A stretch of 63,774 nt of DNA, filler included, from Octopus bimaculoides (GCF_001194135.2; 6 parts of 6 records of this genome joined end to end with filler, not necessarily neighbours in it), one strand, 5' to 3'; positions 49,478-62,961 are shown, numbered from the whole stretch's first letter. Program-made: numbers and translations. The notes: generated from the letters alone by a model not told the origin.

Positions 49478-51567
49478 AAGAAAGAAATCGAGAGACGACA
49501 CATGTACATATACATATATAAATTCATATATTTATATACATATATACACATATATGTACACATTTTTTACTGTACTCGGAGAATCGTCTATGCTATATAC
49601 TGTATTTCCCTGTTTCTCCAGGAGTTTGTCCCTGTTTAAAGTCAGCTTTTATTTCATTATTTTCTTTAAAGATGCATAAGGTAGGCCAAGTAGGATAGAC
49701 CTGCAAGTGTGATTTGGTTTCATACAAGTAGTAATGCATGTATTCAGAGAAAAAAAAAGTAGTTTTCTAGCCTGAAATCTCATTTAAATGGTTCCTCTTG
49801 TTTCTCCTCTCATCTTCGAATACAACTTTTGAGGTGATTCTTGTCTCTCTATATGCTCCTTTCATACAAGTTTGACAAGAAAAAGCTTACATCAGACTTC
49901 TTTCAATTGTTATTAGATATCAGGCTGCATTTTCATGGCCAACCAACCAATCAAAATACCAATGGCAGTCTTCATGAATATCATTTCTTCCATGGAAGTA
50001 TTACTTAACACACGGAGATTTCATATGTCACATTCGAATTATCTGTCAGAAATTTCATCTTCTCAATCACGTTTCTTTTGCTCTAAATGAAACACGACTA
50101 TTTTCTGTCTTTCAAAGATAATGTAGTTGTCAGTGTCAGGGGACGCGTCCTTTAAGAAGTTCCTGCCATGTAATTTATGAAAAGTCAATATGAAAGCCTT
50201 TGTACTTTGCGTATTGCGAAAGATAGATCACATACTGTAGCGGAAAGCTTGGCCATGCTGGGTATTCCATATATTACAATAGACTTCTAGAAAACTTATA
50301 TCTAAGGTGCTGCAATCTTACAATCAATTCATCACGCTGATTGATAAAATGCAATATAATTTTATTCACATGGAAAGCCTTGGATGCACATGGCCCATAC
50401 AAGCCTCCGCTACCTATATATGGTTGTGCATTCCATATAATACAGTAAGCAATTTTAAATTCACCATAATTATCAGTGAATGAATATACAAATTTAGCTT
50501 GAGATGTACTACAAACATTTTCTGCAAGTGTAAATAAAGATTTGTGGTTATTCCAGCGGAGCTGAAAAGTGCAAAGAGATCCAACAACTTAAGAATACTC
50601 GTTATCGAAGGTATAAATTGTCAATCGCATTGAGTGATTTATTGTGGAATTTAATTAATATTCATAATTTCTTATTATATATATGTTTACACTTAATATA
50701 TGTGTGTGTGTGTATGTGTGTGAGTGTGTGCGTATGCATGTATGTGTGTGTATGTGTGTGTGTTTCAAATGTTGGTCTCTGCGTGGGATATATATATACG
50801 AATGGGTACATCTGCTTGAAGTTGTATATATTTTCACTATGTTATTGAGTATATCTGTCTCCATGTGTGTGTGACTCTTGTTTTGGTTTCAATAGAGTGA
50901 TTGAAAGAAAATGTATTAGGAGGCCTTCTACCTTTTAATCCTATTTGAAACAACTATTGTGGTTAATCTTCATTTCTACAGCAGTCTTCCTACAGAATTC
51001 ACGTACATAATATTTTATTTTATTGTTCTATGCATTTTAAACAGTTTCGAATTATGTTTTATTCAATTTCACTACTTTACTTCCTCTCCTATCCCATTCC
51101 TGCTTTAGTGTTTGCGATAAAGACTGTCAATTTCGTAGGCGTAGATCCAGCATCTTAATTGATATCATACCAAGTATATTTATTGCTGCCTATTAAGAGT
51201 AGCGTCGCCCATTTTGTGTTTAAATATACACTAATTTTATATTGAAAATACGTTGTCTATTGAATTGTTATACATGGGAGGGCACCGGTGCGGAATTTTC
51301 TAAAATTTTTGGTACCCTATCTTATTTTATGAATATGATTTTCGTAATTTCTGAAGTTAATTCAGCATTTTTTTTCATTTACTGCCCATTGAATATATAT
51401 GTATATATGTATATATATATGTATATACATACACACTTACATATATCCATATATATATATATATATANNNNNNNNNNNNNNNNNNNNNNNNNNNNNNNNN
51501 NNNNNNNNNNNTTAATTAATTAANNNNNNNNNNNNNNNNNNNNNNNNNNNNNNNNNNNNNNNNNNNN

Positions 51568-51610
<43 letters not shown>

Positions 51611-52060
51611 TAGGTAGACAGACAGACAGATCAAGAGAGGGAGAGGGAGAGAGAAGGGGGGAATAGATGCTGAAACCTAAGATCCTACTAATCCAGTATT
51701 CCACAATTAGAAAGAACTTATTACAACTCTCATCCCTTCAGACATGATACAGAGTCTACTCTGAAGAGATTTGAGATGTAACATCCGACCATCTTCCTTA
51801 CGGGTGAAATTTGGCAGATTTATAATGCAGAAGCTCTTCCTGTGCATCTGCATTTATAGACTTTTATAAATCTGTAAGAAGGGAGGTAACATTTAAAAGG
51901 GACGTTACTCAGGTCAGCTAAACTACTGGGTGAAATCTGTACAGGTCTAAACAGTGGAGTTAATATAACTGTCTATAACTCTTTTAGGCAATGCCCTAGT
52001 ATGAGCATAGTCGGAGGGCTGAAGCTGGTCACAGAATGCCAATGGAAATACAGACTCATT

Positions 52061-52205
52061 AGGCATGCCTGGGTGGTAAGAAGTTTGCTTCCCAGCCACA
52101 GGATTCGTGGCTCAGTCCTACTGCATGGTACCTTGGGTGTCTTCTACTTATAGCCTTGGGTCAACCAAAGCCTTGTGAGTGGATTTGGTAGACGGAAACT
52201 CAAAA
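52061..52205 (+). mobile_element. SINE family A
   Basis: gggtggtaagaagtttgcttcccagccac...ctcagtcctactgcatggtaccttggg...ccttgtgagtggatttggtagacggaaact. Confidence 0.85.
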
Positions 52206-52249
52206 GGAACCCACAATGCCAGCAACTTTGAAGGAAGTTAGCATGTTGA

Positions 52250-52670
52250 GTACATCGACCCCAGAGCTCAATGTGTACCTATTATGTTGATCCCGATAGG
52301 ATGAAAGGAAAAGTTGACCTCGGTGAAATCTGAACTCAGAATGTAAACAGCCTGGGTAAAGACCCAGAGTCATTTTACTTGATGCTCTAACAATTCTACC
52401 AGCTTACTGCTTTAATAATAATAATAATAATAATGATTGTTTTAACAATAATAATAATCCTATAGGCACAAGACCTGAAATTTTGGGGGAGGAAACTAGT
52501 CGATTACACCAATCCCAAGTACTCAACTGGTACTTATTCCATGACTCCCATAAGGATGAAAGGCAAAAATCAACCTTGGCAGAATTTGAACTCAGAATGT
52601 AGCAACAGACGAAATACTGCTAACCATTTTGCCCGGAATGCTAACAATTCTGCCAGGTCACCGCCTTATT
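52250..52670 (-). mobile_element. Two head-to-tail SINE family B copies joined by (TAA)n
   Basis: ggatgaaagg...tgaactcagaat at about 52300-52345 and 52555-52600, with the (taa)n spacer at 52413-52457. Confidence 0.78.
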
Positions 52671-52689
52671 TAATACCAATAATAATGTG

Positions 52690-53160
52690 GAAATTGATGG
52701 TAACATCTAACTGTGTGTATAACTTCCTGGAAATGAATGGCAAATTGCCAGTGGAATGGAAGGGATGCAGGAGGAAAAGCTGAGGGACAAAAGATCAGCT
52801 GATAGATAGAATAAAGCTGAGTGACTGCAAGAAAAAAAAAAGACTAATCTGGGTATGGCATGGATAGATTATAAGAAAGTGTACAACATGGTCCCCCATT
52901 CCTGAAATTTAGAAACAATTGAGTTGGTACAGGTGTCTGATAACATCTTAGATTTTATCAGGAGATCACTGAAGAACTGGAATAAAGAGTTAATACCACG
53001 TGGACAATTTTTGGCAAGGGTCAACATCAAAAGAGGCATATTTCAGGGAGAAAGCCTATTGCCATTGCTGTTTGTGGTTTCTTTGATATCCCTCATACAG
53101 ATACTACAGAAAGTGACATCGGGGTACACCTTGAAATATGGGACAAAAATTAAGCCCTAA
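52690..53160 (+). mobile_element. R4/Dong-like LINE RT fragment (domains 2-4)
   Basis: KGCRRKS*GTKDQL.ID, NLGMAWIDYKKVYNMVPHS*, VNIKRGIFQGESLLPLLF (canonical RGIFQGDSLSPLLF). Confidence 0.88.
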
Positions 53161-53184
53161 GAAGTAAAATATAATAATAATTTC

Positions 53185-53465
53185 AAATTCTAGAACAAGG
53201 CCAGCAATTTCAGGGGAGGGGATCAATCAGCTGGTGTTTATTTTATTGATCCTGAAGGCAGAAATGCAAAGCTGGCCTTGGTTGCATTTGAACTGAGAAC
53301 AAAAACATCGATGAAATGTCACTAAGCATTCTGTCCAGTGTGTTAATGATTCTGCCAGCTCACCACCTTAATAATAATAATAATAATAGTTTCAAATTTC
53401 GGCACAAGGCCAGCAATTTTTTTAGGGGAGGGGAATAGTTGATTACATCAACCCCAGTGCTCATC
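53185..53465 (-). mobile_element. Two head-to-tail SINE family B copies joined by (TAA)n
   Basis: caaggccagcaattt at 53197 and 53405. Head gattctgccagctcaccacctta ends at 53370, followed by (taa)n. Confidence 0.78.
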
Positions 53466-53685
53466 TGGGATTTTATATATAAAGGACTGCTGCTGTCCAC
53501 GTAGTTAGGTCAATAACTGGGGGGAGAGGGAGAGGGAGAGACAAACAGTAAAGTGTATTTTGGTCACAAAGTTAGTAATTTGTATCACACCACTGGAAAT
53601 TGTGGAATGACTAACAATGGACCTTAATACATATCATTAACCTTTTTGATGTCTGATACATTGATGCCAATCCTAGTTCTTCAAC

Positions 53686-53848
53686 AAAAGCAGTGGCTGT
53701 GAGGGAAGAAGCTTGCTGCCCAACCACATGGTTCTGGGTTCAGTCCTACTGCATGACTCACTGGGCAAATGTCTTCTACTATAGCCTTGGGCCAACAAAA
53801 GTCTTGTGAGTGGATTTGGTAGATGGAAACTGAAAGAAGCCTGCCATA
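53686..53848 (+). mobile_element. SINE family A
   Basis: gtggctgtgagggaagaagcttgctgcccaaccacatggttctgggttcagtcc...gtgagtggatttggtagatggaaactgaaagaagcc. Confidence 0.87.
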
Positions 53849-55659
53849 CATATATATATATATATATCTATGTGTGTGTGTGTGCGTTTGTCCCACACTA
53901 CTACTTCACAATCAGTGGTGGTGTGTTGTGTTTACATGCGCTATAACTCAACAGTTTGGCAAATGTACGAAAAATAAGTAGTGGGGTTGATTCGTTCAAC
54001 TAAAACATATTCTTCGAGGTGGTGCCCCAGCATGGCCATACTCTACTGAATGAAATGATTAAAAGATAAAAAGAAACCAACCTAGCATATCATAACTTTA
54101 TATTACATTTTCTAAGATTATGTTCTTAAGAACAGATTAATAACAAAATTAGTCACAGCCCTAAATTTCCTAAAATTGATCATTAATTTTTAGCATTCAG
54201 ATTCTGCCAAATGTAATGCTTGTGTTTTCACATTGTTTTCTATTCATCAAGGATTATCTTGTAGTTTTGATAATGTGATTGTTTTTTTTTTAGAATGACA
54301 TTGTAGGGTAGGTATGAGGGGCCAGATCTAGCCTTTTTGAACATGAATCATGTAAAATACTGGGGTTGGATATGGCTGGTTTAAATGCTAAAAGCTTAAT
54401 TCTTTTCAGGAGTTGAAAGGATGCGAAGGGCACAATAATCTCTCTAATGTCACAATAAAATATACCCAGTAGTTACAGAACAAGCAGAGAAAAGATAAGG
54501 GCTAGAGGACCCTTCAAACTTGCCCTGTTGAGGACATGGTACTGTATTCTATAAATTGGTTGGTGTCAGGAAGGGCATCTAGCCATAGAAACTATGCTAA
54601 ATAGAAGCATATAAGCAAAAGGTGATCCCCCCAATCTATCTAAAGAGTTTATAATACCAAATGAAAATGGACTTTGATAATACAAATTGAAAATGGATTT
54701 TGAGTCATTTAATCCATGCAGTTATAACATGAAAATGATTTAAACATACAAGAAGCATATGTCATTGGAAATATAGTTATGAAAGAGTGAAGAAAATATG
54801 AACTGGTAGAAGTCACTGATCTACAATCATTAGTTGTCAACAAGTCAATAAAATTGTTTGATTTACTAGAAATAGCAGTAAAAACTCTGCTACCAACTAA
54901 GAGAAACAAACAAAAAAACAAACAAAAAAACAAAGGATAAATTAAACTATGTAGTCTCAGACATACAAAAATATGAAACAAAAACCTCAAAACAATATCC
55001 CTAATAACAAATATAGCAAATAATAGCTATACTAATAACCCAGTTTTCAGTTATGTAACAGTGCTAATAATAACAATCAAGATCGAGTCTAATTAGTAAA
55101 CAGTATCAAAATTGGTGAAGGAGGGAGGGGAAGGTTTAATTAAATGAATTCATTTCTGTTAGAGTATTTAATGTACCAAAAGGAAGAATGTTAGGTAGAA
55201 GAAAAAACAAAAACAAAAAAGGGAAAACCCTGCATCTTTGAAGTCAGTGTAAAGGGAGAGAACTAGAATATTTATTATGTTGCCACTATTTGACCCTTTA
55301 ATATTTGAACTAAGCATATCGGGCACAGATATTCTACCAGTCTTATATTGATACTGGATAGGTCTGGCTTCTTACACATATCCTACAATGTCATTCTGAA
55401 AATAAATAATCACACCACTGAAGTCTCGTAGCTACGAGACAATGCATTATTAATTCAAAATGATGTGAATAAATAAGCATTGCATTTGGCAGAGTAATTT
55501 GGATGCTAAAGGATTAATCATAAATTAGCATAGGTACAAGAGCAGGAAGTTTAGTGGTGGGGATGTCAGTTGATTAAAGTGACCCAGGACTTGGCTGGCA
55601 CTTGCCTGGCTTGCTAACTATTCTGCCAGCTCAGAAACAAATAAAATGATAAGAATATG

Positions 55660-56020
55660 TGTGGCCGTGTGGTAAGTAGCTTGCTTACCAACCACATGGT
55701 TCCGGGTTCAGTCCCACTGCGTGGCACCTTGGGCAAGTGTCTTCTACTATAGCCTCAGGCCGACCAAAGCTTTGAGTGGATTTGGTAGACGGAAACTGAA
55801 AGAAACCCGTCGTATATATATGTATGTATGTGTTTGTGTGTTTACGTGTCTGTGTTTATATATATGTGGTATGTTTACGTCCCCGTAACTTAGCGGTTCA
55901 GCAAAAGAGACCGATAGAATAAGTACTAGGCTTCCAAAGAATAAGTCCTGGGGTCGATTTCCTCGACTAAAGGCGGTGCTCCAGCATGGCCGCAGTCAAA
56001 TAACTGAAACAAGTAAAAGA
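55660..56020 (+). mobile_element. SINE family A, full length (tRNA head, internal microsatellite, 3' tail)
   Basis: gtggccgtgtggtaagtagcttgcttaccaaccacatggttccgggttcagtccc (A box and B box) ... aaggcggtgctccagcatggccgcagtcaaataactgaaacaagtaaaaga. Confidence 0.92.
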
Positions 56021-56107
56021 GTGTGTGCGTGAAATAGAGAGTCCTAGTGACCTATACATAGAGAGCAGCAATATCCTGGGCAGGGTTCACTACTGCTTGG
56101 GGCCTAA

Positions 56108-56310
56108 TCACCATCATCTTTCCTATTTAATGTCTGCTTTCCATGCTGGTGGTATAGGTCGGGTTGTTTGACAGGATCCAGCAAACAGCAGAGCTGCACC
56201 AAGCTGCAGTGTCAACTTTGACATGTTTTCAACTGTTTGAATGTCCTTCCTAGTGTCAACCTCCTTACAATGTGTACTGAGTACTTTTTTTTTTTTGTGC
56301 CACCAACACG
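56108..56310 (-). mobile_element. Diverged RTE-type 3'-end/SINE-like repeat; opposite-orientation relatives at about 54555-54600 and 58600-58790
   Basis: atttaatgtctgctttccatgc...gaatgtccttcctagtgtcaacc is the reverse complement of the ggttggcattaggaagggcacccagc...catggaaatcggacattaaatg motif seen at 58640-58775. Confidence 0.6.
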
Positions 56311-56727
56311 AGTGAGGTTGCCAAGTAAATTATGAGACAGAAAAAAAAAACCAGGAAAGAGAGAAGCCCTTGTAATTAAGTGTATGCGAATGGGGTATTA
56401 GGGAAAAGAAGGTAGCTTTAAACCAGGTGCTAAGAGGCGATATATGATGAAGGGATATAAACAGATGGCTTGCTATAAAGGAGATACAAAACTACCCCAG
56501 ATTATAAGAGTAAGTAGAAGTAATTGAGGTGAAGATAAAGAAGAAAGATGACCATGATGGTGTGCCAGAGCCAATCCTAAAGGTAGGTGAGTGTAAGAGA
56601 GGATATGAACAGTGGATCACGAAGGAAAGGGAAGGATAGGCATTTTTGTAAGAATGTGAAGTGAGGTATTGATTGATTGGTAGACAGACAGACAGATATG
56701 TACACTAAAGTTTGTTCTAACTGAACA

Positions 56728-57112
56728 TCCATGTTTGTTGTTGCTGGCACTCCGTCGCTTTCGACGTCAAGGGTTCCAGTTGATCTGATCAACGGAACAG
56801 CCTGCTCGTGAAATTAACGTGCAAGTGGCTGAGCACTCCACAGACACGTGTACCCTTAACGTAGTTCTCGGGGGAGATTCAGCGTGACACAGTGTGACAA
56901 GGCTGACCCTTTGAATTACAGGCACAACAGAAACAGGAAGTAAGAGTGAGCGAATGTTGTGGTGGAAGAGTACAGCAGGGTTCGCCACCACCCCCTGCCG
57001 GAGCCTCGTGGAGCTTTAGGTGTTTTCGCTCAATAAACACTTACAACGCCCAGTCTGGGAATCGAAACCGTGAGTCCGCTGCCCTAACCACTGGGCCATT
57101 GCGCCTCCACAC
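56728..57112 (-). mobile_element. tRNA-derived SINE, family C, young-looking copy with a short deletion in the head
   Basis: Reverse-complement head gtggaggcgcaatggcccagtggttagggcagcggactcacggtttcgattcccagactgggcg has A and B boxes. The body matches 35735-36040. Confidence 0.88.
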
Positions 57113-58251
57113 ATCCATGTTTAAATGGGAATAAATATAACCTCCCAGTATTAATACTACCTCTATCACTAATATATTTGCTGGTACAAAGATTCAAGTG
57201 TTCAAATTTATTGGTAGTTAGAATATATAAGAGAACTAAATGGATACAACAAAAAACAAAACTATAGTTTATGGTAATTAACCTTTAGCATTTAAACCAG
57301 CCATATCTAGCCTAAATATTCTAAATGCTTTATATTCAATCTGGCCAGAGTTGGCCTATTATGCTTACCTACAATGTCAGTCTAAGCACAATTACATCAT
57401 CAAAATCTTGAAGCTTTGAAATAATGCAAGATTAATTGAAAACAATGTGAATAAATAAGTATTACATTTGACAGAGTAAAGAATCTGGAAAAAAACCCAA
57501 AAAAAACCGGCAACAAATCAAAAAATGATGATAAGTAAAAAGACAACAAATCAAAAAAACAGTTATGAATAATTTACATATAATTTCATTGTTTATCAAC
57601 TAGAATAGGTGAGTGTGTGTATGTATATATATATATATATATATAGTCGTATTAGAGTAATTAGTTTACAATGACACAGATAGACAAGAAAGAAGGAGAA
57701 ACTGTAGTCATACTTGAGTAAACTTCCAGTAAATTTCAGATAGATTTTGTTAAAAAATGAAAATTTAAAAAGATTATTGAAACTAACACTTGATAAAATT
57801 TTTTAAAAAGGGTGTAAAGAAAGAAAAAGAAAAGGAAAACATATTTACCATTTATTCTAACATTTTTTCTTCAGCTGAAAGTATACAAAATTCACTAAAA
57901 GGAGTGTGTGTGTGAGTGTGTGTTTAAATTTATCTCTAGACTTTCTACAGAATTCAGAGCCAGCCCTTTAAGTTACAATGTTCATATATAAATACATCTA
58001 TGTAAACAATGTTATCAAAGGCAGAAAAAATAGGTAATGGGTGTACATGAATATTTCAAGAGTTATTGCTCTTTCATCAGTACCACATCCAACCCATCAA
58101 CTAGCCACAAACACATTGCTTTAGATACCCACTATGTTTAGCAGTATAACACAATTGGACAGACTAGTTTAACACATTCCTGGCAGCTGGCATGTAAATA
58201 TTTATTGCTAGCAAAGACACAGTATTTTATATTATATATATATATATAATA

Positions 58252-58287
<36 letters not shown>

Positions 58288-58526
58288 TAATCTATAACCG
58301 TCAGTCTGACAAAATATATGTTGGAATAAGAATTATGGATTAAATATTTTAATCATTCTCAGGCATATCTTTGTGTACTTTATTCAAAGTGGCTGGATAT
58401 AGCTTCTTTGGAACTTGTCACCCACAAGAATACATCTATCTATATATATCAGTGGACAAATGAAAACATTTGGTAAGAGTTACTTAAAAATCTTAATAAT
58501 ATGAAGCCAAGTTAAACGTGTTATCA

Positions 58527-58586
<60 letters not shown>

Positions 58587-59132
58587 ATAAGCACTACTGA
58601 TGGTGTCATGTAAAAAGCATTCAGTACACTTTGTAAAGTGGTTGGCATTAGGAAGGGCACCCAGCTGTAGAAAGTAAGCTACAAATAGACAACGGAATCT
58701 GATATGGCTCTTGGACTTATCAGCTTCTAGCAAATTGTCCAACCGATGCCATCATGGAAATCGGACATTAAATGGTGATAGAATTATTAGAATATCATAT
58801 GAGATACTTTAAGGTATCTTCTCTGGCTGTTTGAGTCAAAATTCCATCTTGGTGCCCAATGGACAGGATTAATCACCCAAACAAAGATACATCCAGTGTA
58901 CAATTAGACCAGGGTAGGTGAGTAGGTAAGCTAACATACAGCATAGATATGTCAGTAATAGCATGCTGACATGGGAAATGGTTGAATGGATGGACATGAA
59001 TCCAAAGAATACTCATCCACCTGCCAATACAATGCATCAATGGCTGTGGTGGTAGTAGGGTTGAACAAACAACTAGAAAACTCATCTTTCAAACTGAGAA
59101 AGGAACCATTGGGAGATGTGTGCGCATATGTC

Positions 59133-59165
<33 letters not shown>

Positions 59166-60442
59166 CTGAATATATGCCTGTGAGAGGCAAAAAAAAAACA
59201 AAATCATGTAAATGTGTGTAAAGAGGTAAGAGACAATTTTTTTTGAGAAAATTCACTGATTTATTTTCAAGCACAATTATTAAATTAAAATATCGATAAT
59301 GATAATAATAATAATGATAATAATAATAATAATCTCCAAGGATAGTTTTGTTTTATTATATTTATTTTATTTATTTATTTTTTAATAAATCAGCTGCAAA
59401 TTGCAATTTTGTTACTAAGATTTTAAATTACTTAAATGTTTGTTATGTTCTGTAATTATTAGGAAGGAGTGACCAAATATATATAATATAATTTAAGTAC
59501 ACAAAATAGATTTTTTGTTTTCTAAACATTCAATATAATAATAATAATAATAATAATCATAATGATAATAATAATAATAATAAACAGGCTGGAACTAATA
59601 ATTTATTAAAAATGTTCTCATTCAAATCAAAATTGAAGTTATTCTCATCAATTCTTATTTCTCACATCGCATACACGTGGACTAATTAATTTGATGAAGA
59701 TTAAAAAAAAAAAGTTTTAATAAACGAAGAATTCATCAACAAAGATTTTTTAGAATTTTTTTTCTGATATTTTTTTTAAAATGTTGTTTTTGTTTTTCTT
59801 TACTACTAGTGAGAACACTTTTGAGAATAAATACATTCTTTGAAATAAACAGCATTCCTTGTCATTGCTTTTTCTTTTATGTATGTATATATATATATAT
59901 ATATATAAAAAAAAAAAAAAAAAAAAAANNNNNNNNNNNNNNNNNNNNNNNNNNNNNNNNNNNNNNNNNNNNTTAATTAATTAANNNNNNNNNNNNNNNN
60001 NNNNNNNNNNNNNNNNNNNNNNNNNNNNTATATATATATATATATATATACACATACACTTGTGTGTGATTGTGTATACACTTATACACAAGGACAGGCA
60101 CTGGAAAGAAATATAAGACCATTATTTATGTCTTGTTTATATATATATATATATATAGATACATACACACATGTACGCATATATACTGTCAGAAACAATT
60201 GCACTTCTGCAATGACCGTCAACATTTCTAATCATTATGGAGAATGCTTTCAAATAATTCTGCTTAGCTTCAAATATATATATTTTTTTATTTTAAAAGA
60301 GTTGGTTTTCTACTATTAGTAGTACTAATGTTGCATCAGTCACTTTTTTACAATGCTACTAACTAAAAAAAAAAAAAAAGCAATTATATATAGAGTGATG
60401 TGTGTGTGTATATATATATGAATATATTTGTGTGTGCATAAG

Positions 60443-60523
<81 letters not shown>

Positions 60524-60705
60524 GCGTATATATACGTATTATATGTATGTACAATATATTCCATACTATAACATGTTGTATACTATTACATAATTATAGC
60601 AGAGATACATATCACAAAATACCATACACACGCATATATACATACATACATACACAAACAAACACATATCTTATGCATTTATGTATGCAATACATATCGT
60701 GCAAT

Positions 60706-60746
<41 letters not shown>

Positions 60747-61598
60747 NNNNNNNNNNNNNNNNNNNNNNNNNNNNNNNNNNNNNNNNNNNNNNNNNNNNNN
60801 NNNNNNNNNNNNNNNNNNNNNNNNNNNNNNNNNNNNNNNNNNNNNNNNNNNNNNNNNNNNNNNNNNNNNNNNNNNNNNNNNNNNNNNNNNNNNNNNNNNN
60901 NNNNNNNNNNNNNNNNNNNNNNNNNNNNNNNNNNNNNNNNNNNNNNNNNNNNNNNNNNNNNNNNNNNNNNNNNNNNNNNNNNNNNNNNNNNNNNNNNNNN
61001 NNNNNNNNNNNNNNNNNNNNNNNNNNNNNNNNNNNNNNNNNNNNNNNNNNNNNNNNNNNNNNNNNNNNNNNNNNNNNNNNNNNNNNNNNNNNNNNNNNNN
61101 NNNNNNNNNNNNNNNNNNNNNNNNNNNNNNNNNNNNNNNNNNNNNNNNNNNNNNNNNNNNNNNNNNNNNNNNNNNNNNNNNNNNNNNNNNNNNNNNNNNN
61201 NNNNNNNNNNNNNNNNNNNNNNNNNNNNNNNNNNNNNNNNNNNNNNNNNNNNNNNNNNNNNNNNNNNNNNNNNNNNNNNNNNNNNNNNNNNNNNNNNNNN
61301 NNNNNNNNNNNNNNNNNNNNNNNNNNNNNNNNNNNNNNNNNNNNNNNNNNNNNNNNNNNNNNNNNNNNATATATATACATATAAATCTATATATACATAT
61401 ATATATAAATATATATACACACACACACATATTTCTATATATATACATACATACATGTATGAATCGCTATATATATACATATAAATCTATATATACATAT
61501 ATATATAAATATATATACACACACACACATATTTCTATATATATACATACATACACATATATATATACATACATATATACACATACATATATACATAC

Positions 61599-61629
<31 letters not shown>

Positions 61630-62153
61630 TATATTGTTTATGCTGTAATACAAATAAGTAAAGCAAAAGACAGCATCTTCTCTTTGTACATAAATATTTG
61701 CTGCGGTTAGATGGCTAGGGGCTGATTCCAGCGCCAGATTCAGCAAGCAGGAAAGCTCTGTGTGTATGTGTGTTTAAATGGGACGGAAGATAGACAGAGA
61801 CAGGGAGAGAAAGAGAGAGAAACAGTGGAGGAGTATGAGGCAGGGATCTCAGATTTCGAAGGGAAAAAGGCGACATTGGTCTCAGAAGTGGGGGGGGGGC
61901 GTGAGTGAAGTCGAGAGGAGTAAGGGGTTACAAGTCACTAAATTTTCTGTGACTAGTAGTAGTAGTAGTAGTAGCAATTGTTAAGGTATAGTGTGTAGGT
62001 GATTATATGTCAATCCACAGTGAGAGTCATGGATGGAGGTGGGGAAAGAGACAAGTGGGAAGGGATGGGCATTTACCCATAGTAAAGGGCATGGATAACA
62101 GAGAGAGAGAGAGAGAGAGAGAGGGAGTGAAAGACAGAGAAATTTAGGTGGTT

Positions 62154-62212
62154 ACTCACAGTGACAGCCATGGCTGGATTGGGAGGCAAACATAGGAGCA
62201 AGCTAGGTGAGT
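62154..62212. other. Palindromic cagccATGGctg with a GTGAGT donor downstream on each strand; candidate host start exon or micro-exon
   Basis: Plus: ATG 62170 MAGLGGKHRSKL-G|gtgagt (62207). Minus: ttgcctcccaatccag|ccATGGCTGTCACT|gtgagt (62173-62160). Gene unidentified. Confidence 0.3.
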
Positions 62213-62961
62213 GTGTTATATAGCTTTATATANNNNNNNNNNNNNNNNNNNNNNNNNNNNNNNNNNNNNNNNNNNNNNNNNNNNNNNNNNNNNNNNNNNN
62301 NNNNNNNNNNNNNNNNNNNNNNNNNNNNNNNNNNNNNNNNNNNNNNNNNNNNNNNNNNNNNNNNNNNNNNNNNNNNNNNNNNNNNNNNNNNNNNNNNNNN
62401 NNNNNNNNNNNNNNNNNNNNNNNNNNNNNNNNNNNNNNNNNNNNNNNNNNNNNNNNNNNNNNNNNNNNNNNNNNNNNNNNNNNNNNNNNNNNNNNNNNNN
62501 NNNNNNNNNNNNNNNNNNNNNNNNNNNNNNNNNNNNNNNNNNNNNNNNNNNNNNNNNNNNNNNNNNNNNNNNNNNNNNNNNNNNNNNNNNNNNNNNNNNN
62601 NNNNNNNNNNNNNNNNNNNNNNNNNNNNNNNNNNNNNNNNNNNNNNNNNNNNNNNNNNNNNNNNNNNNNNNNNNNNNNNNNNNNNNNNNNNNNNNNNNNN
62701 NNNNNNNNNNNNNNNNNNNNNNNNNNNNNNNNNNNNNNNNNNNNNNNNNNNNNNNNNNNNNNNNNNNNNNNNNNNNNNNNNNNNNNNNNNNNNNNNNNNN
62801 NNNNNNNNNNNNNNNNNNNNNNNNNNNNNNNNNNNNNNNNNNNNNNNNNNNNNNNNNNNNNNNNNNNNNNNNNNNNNNNNNNNNNNNNNNNNNNNNNNNN
62901 NNNNNNNNNNNNNNNNNNNNNNNNNNNNNNNNNNNNNNNNNNNNNNNNNNNNNNNNNNNNN

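Noticed and set aside
55660-55730. tRNA genes at SINE heads (also 57050-57112)
   Set aside because: A and B boxes are present, but there is no complete cloverleaf or acceptor stem and each continues into a SINE body.
58870-59080. RTE-LINE C-terminal remnant
   Set aside because: Only a vague resemblance to the W.GHV.RM...GRP..TW motif; too decayed to call.
61690-61750. REST/RE1-like half sites (ccagcgcc, ttcagca)
   Set aside because: Order and spacing are non-canonical, and short matches like this are expected by chance.
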